This document shows positions 62,962 through 64,000 of a stretch of DNA of 64,000 bases, in pieces. The translations under genes were made by a program, and so were the position numbers. Numbering within the stretch: position 1 is the first letter of the stretch; the number at the start of each line of letters is the position of its first letter. This stretch comes from Takakia lepidozioides. Lineage: Eukaryota; Plantae; Bryophyta. The notes under the pieces are model-generated. The model was given only the letters and a program-made list of their open reading frames with translations, did not search any database and was not told where the DNA came from. The stretch spans positions 3,658,001 to 3,722,000 of the forward strand of contig CM060734.1 of the NCBI GenBank assembly GCA_030704615.1, read 5' to 3'.

Positions 62962-63698
62962 CTACACGTTGTACTTCGGCATTCCCTGATTCAATGCCAG
63001 TCCTTGGAGCACAATTACTTTGTCCACGCTCAACTCAGTTGTAGTTTCTTTCCCAAAGACAGTCAATGTTGTCTTCAACTGCACAAGCCCCATGGAACCC
63101 ACAGAAAATCAAATCTTTAAACTTCCACACAAAAAAGAAGGAAAACATCAATGATGGCCATAAGGGTGGTGAGATTCAACCGTAAAGCATATAACCTCAC
63201 CCAAGTTTATCTAGTTTCGCAGTGTTGGTGTAATCCGACAAAACCAGGTTAATACCAGATCATGGCTTGCACTTCATGGTAAAGTATATGCAGCACCTAC
63301 CATATTCGAGACCAGAACTGTCATTGCTCAGCATAAGCTTTACAACAAAATCGTGCAGGCACCAAAGCTGACCTTGGCTAAGAGCAGTCGAGCTAATAAC
63401 TATTGGCTCACAAAATTTACTTACCAGCCCTTCTTCAGGGTACATTTCAGTGACGATGCCAGTATGATTGATGAAGGGACCTGACATGACACGAACCATG
63501 GCCCCCTCTTCCAGTCGTGGCGGGGTTGGGAGCTCTGCATTTGCCTCAGCCTCTCCAGTCTGCCTCTCTCTCTCCTCTGCTTCAATATTGGCTGCCTTTT
63601 TAAGTTCCTCAAACAAAGCATCCTCTTGTTCTATCCTTCTGAACATCTCGTCCATCTCAACGGATGAGACTGCAGATGGCATTATCATGTCACTGACA
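62962..63698 (-). CDS. Last two exons of a NusG-family (PTAC13-like, KOW domain) gene that continues beyond the window
   Basis: Exon 63698-63425 …EEGAMVRVMSGPFINHTGIVTEMYPEEGL; exon 63078-62962 LKTTLTVFGKETTTELSVDKV…*. Splice sites and frame are intact. Confidence 0.8.
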
Positions 63699-64000
63699 CT
63701 GCAACAGGAAGTACCTCTCAAGTGGTTAGATCAGCCATGAGCGTTGTACAGTCAAGCATGGATTTTAGTTAGCCCTTGGTAGTGAAAAGGAAATACCTCC
63801 AAAGTGGTTTAAAAAAAAAACTACTAGAAAGGGTCACCACAGAAGACATTAACATACAGGCAACATCTAGAGAAGGAATTACATTTAACTTGACACTGGT
63901 TGACAAGGAAAAAATCATTCATTCATGCATTCATTCATGCATTCGGTTGACAAAAGTTGAAATAGAGGTCTGCCAACTACCCTGGATTTACATACCCACT

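Overview
Eukaryotic nuclear DNA, most likely from a non-seed land plant (short GT-AG introns, a PLS-class PPR fragment, a chromovirus, a plant NusG/PTAC13-like gene). Almost all of it is decayed, nested transposable elements (TEs) plus captured or decayed host-gene pieces. 0-10 kb: a patchwork of intron-containing fragments of unrelated genes (CTF4/AND-1, exportin-1, F2KP) around a decayed IS3EU-like DDE transposase followed by a HECT E3 ligase domain. 10-27 kb: a LINE 3' end interrupted by a TTAA/CCC piggyBac-like element, a spliced beta-class amino-(N4C/N6A) DNA methyltransferase-like gene next to a TE terminus, a MULE/SWIM transposase, a CACTA fragment split by a solo LTR, and a Ty3/Gypsy remnant carrying a C5 DNA methyltransferase. 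27.7-34.7 kb: a full-length chromovirus (726-bp LTRs, CAAAG target-site duplication [TSD], tRNA-iMet primer binding site) nested in a TIR element inside a CACTA tail. 37.2-54.9 kb: an 8.83-kb tandem duplication that may be an assembly artefact; it holds an RNase H + restriction-like-endonuclease LINE piece, a PHD finger, and a Gypsy integrase followed by a large unknown 3' ORF. 56.7-62.1 kb: a spliced ParB-like gene associated with two arrays of palindromic repeats. The last two exons of an apparently intact NusG-family gene close the window. The best candidate for an undescribed system is a DNA transposon carrying ParB-like and amino-methyltransferase-like genes with palindromic arrays; the link between those parts is inferred, not shown. 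All protein calls come from motif recognition by eye; no database searches were run.
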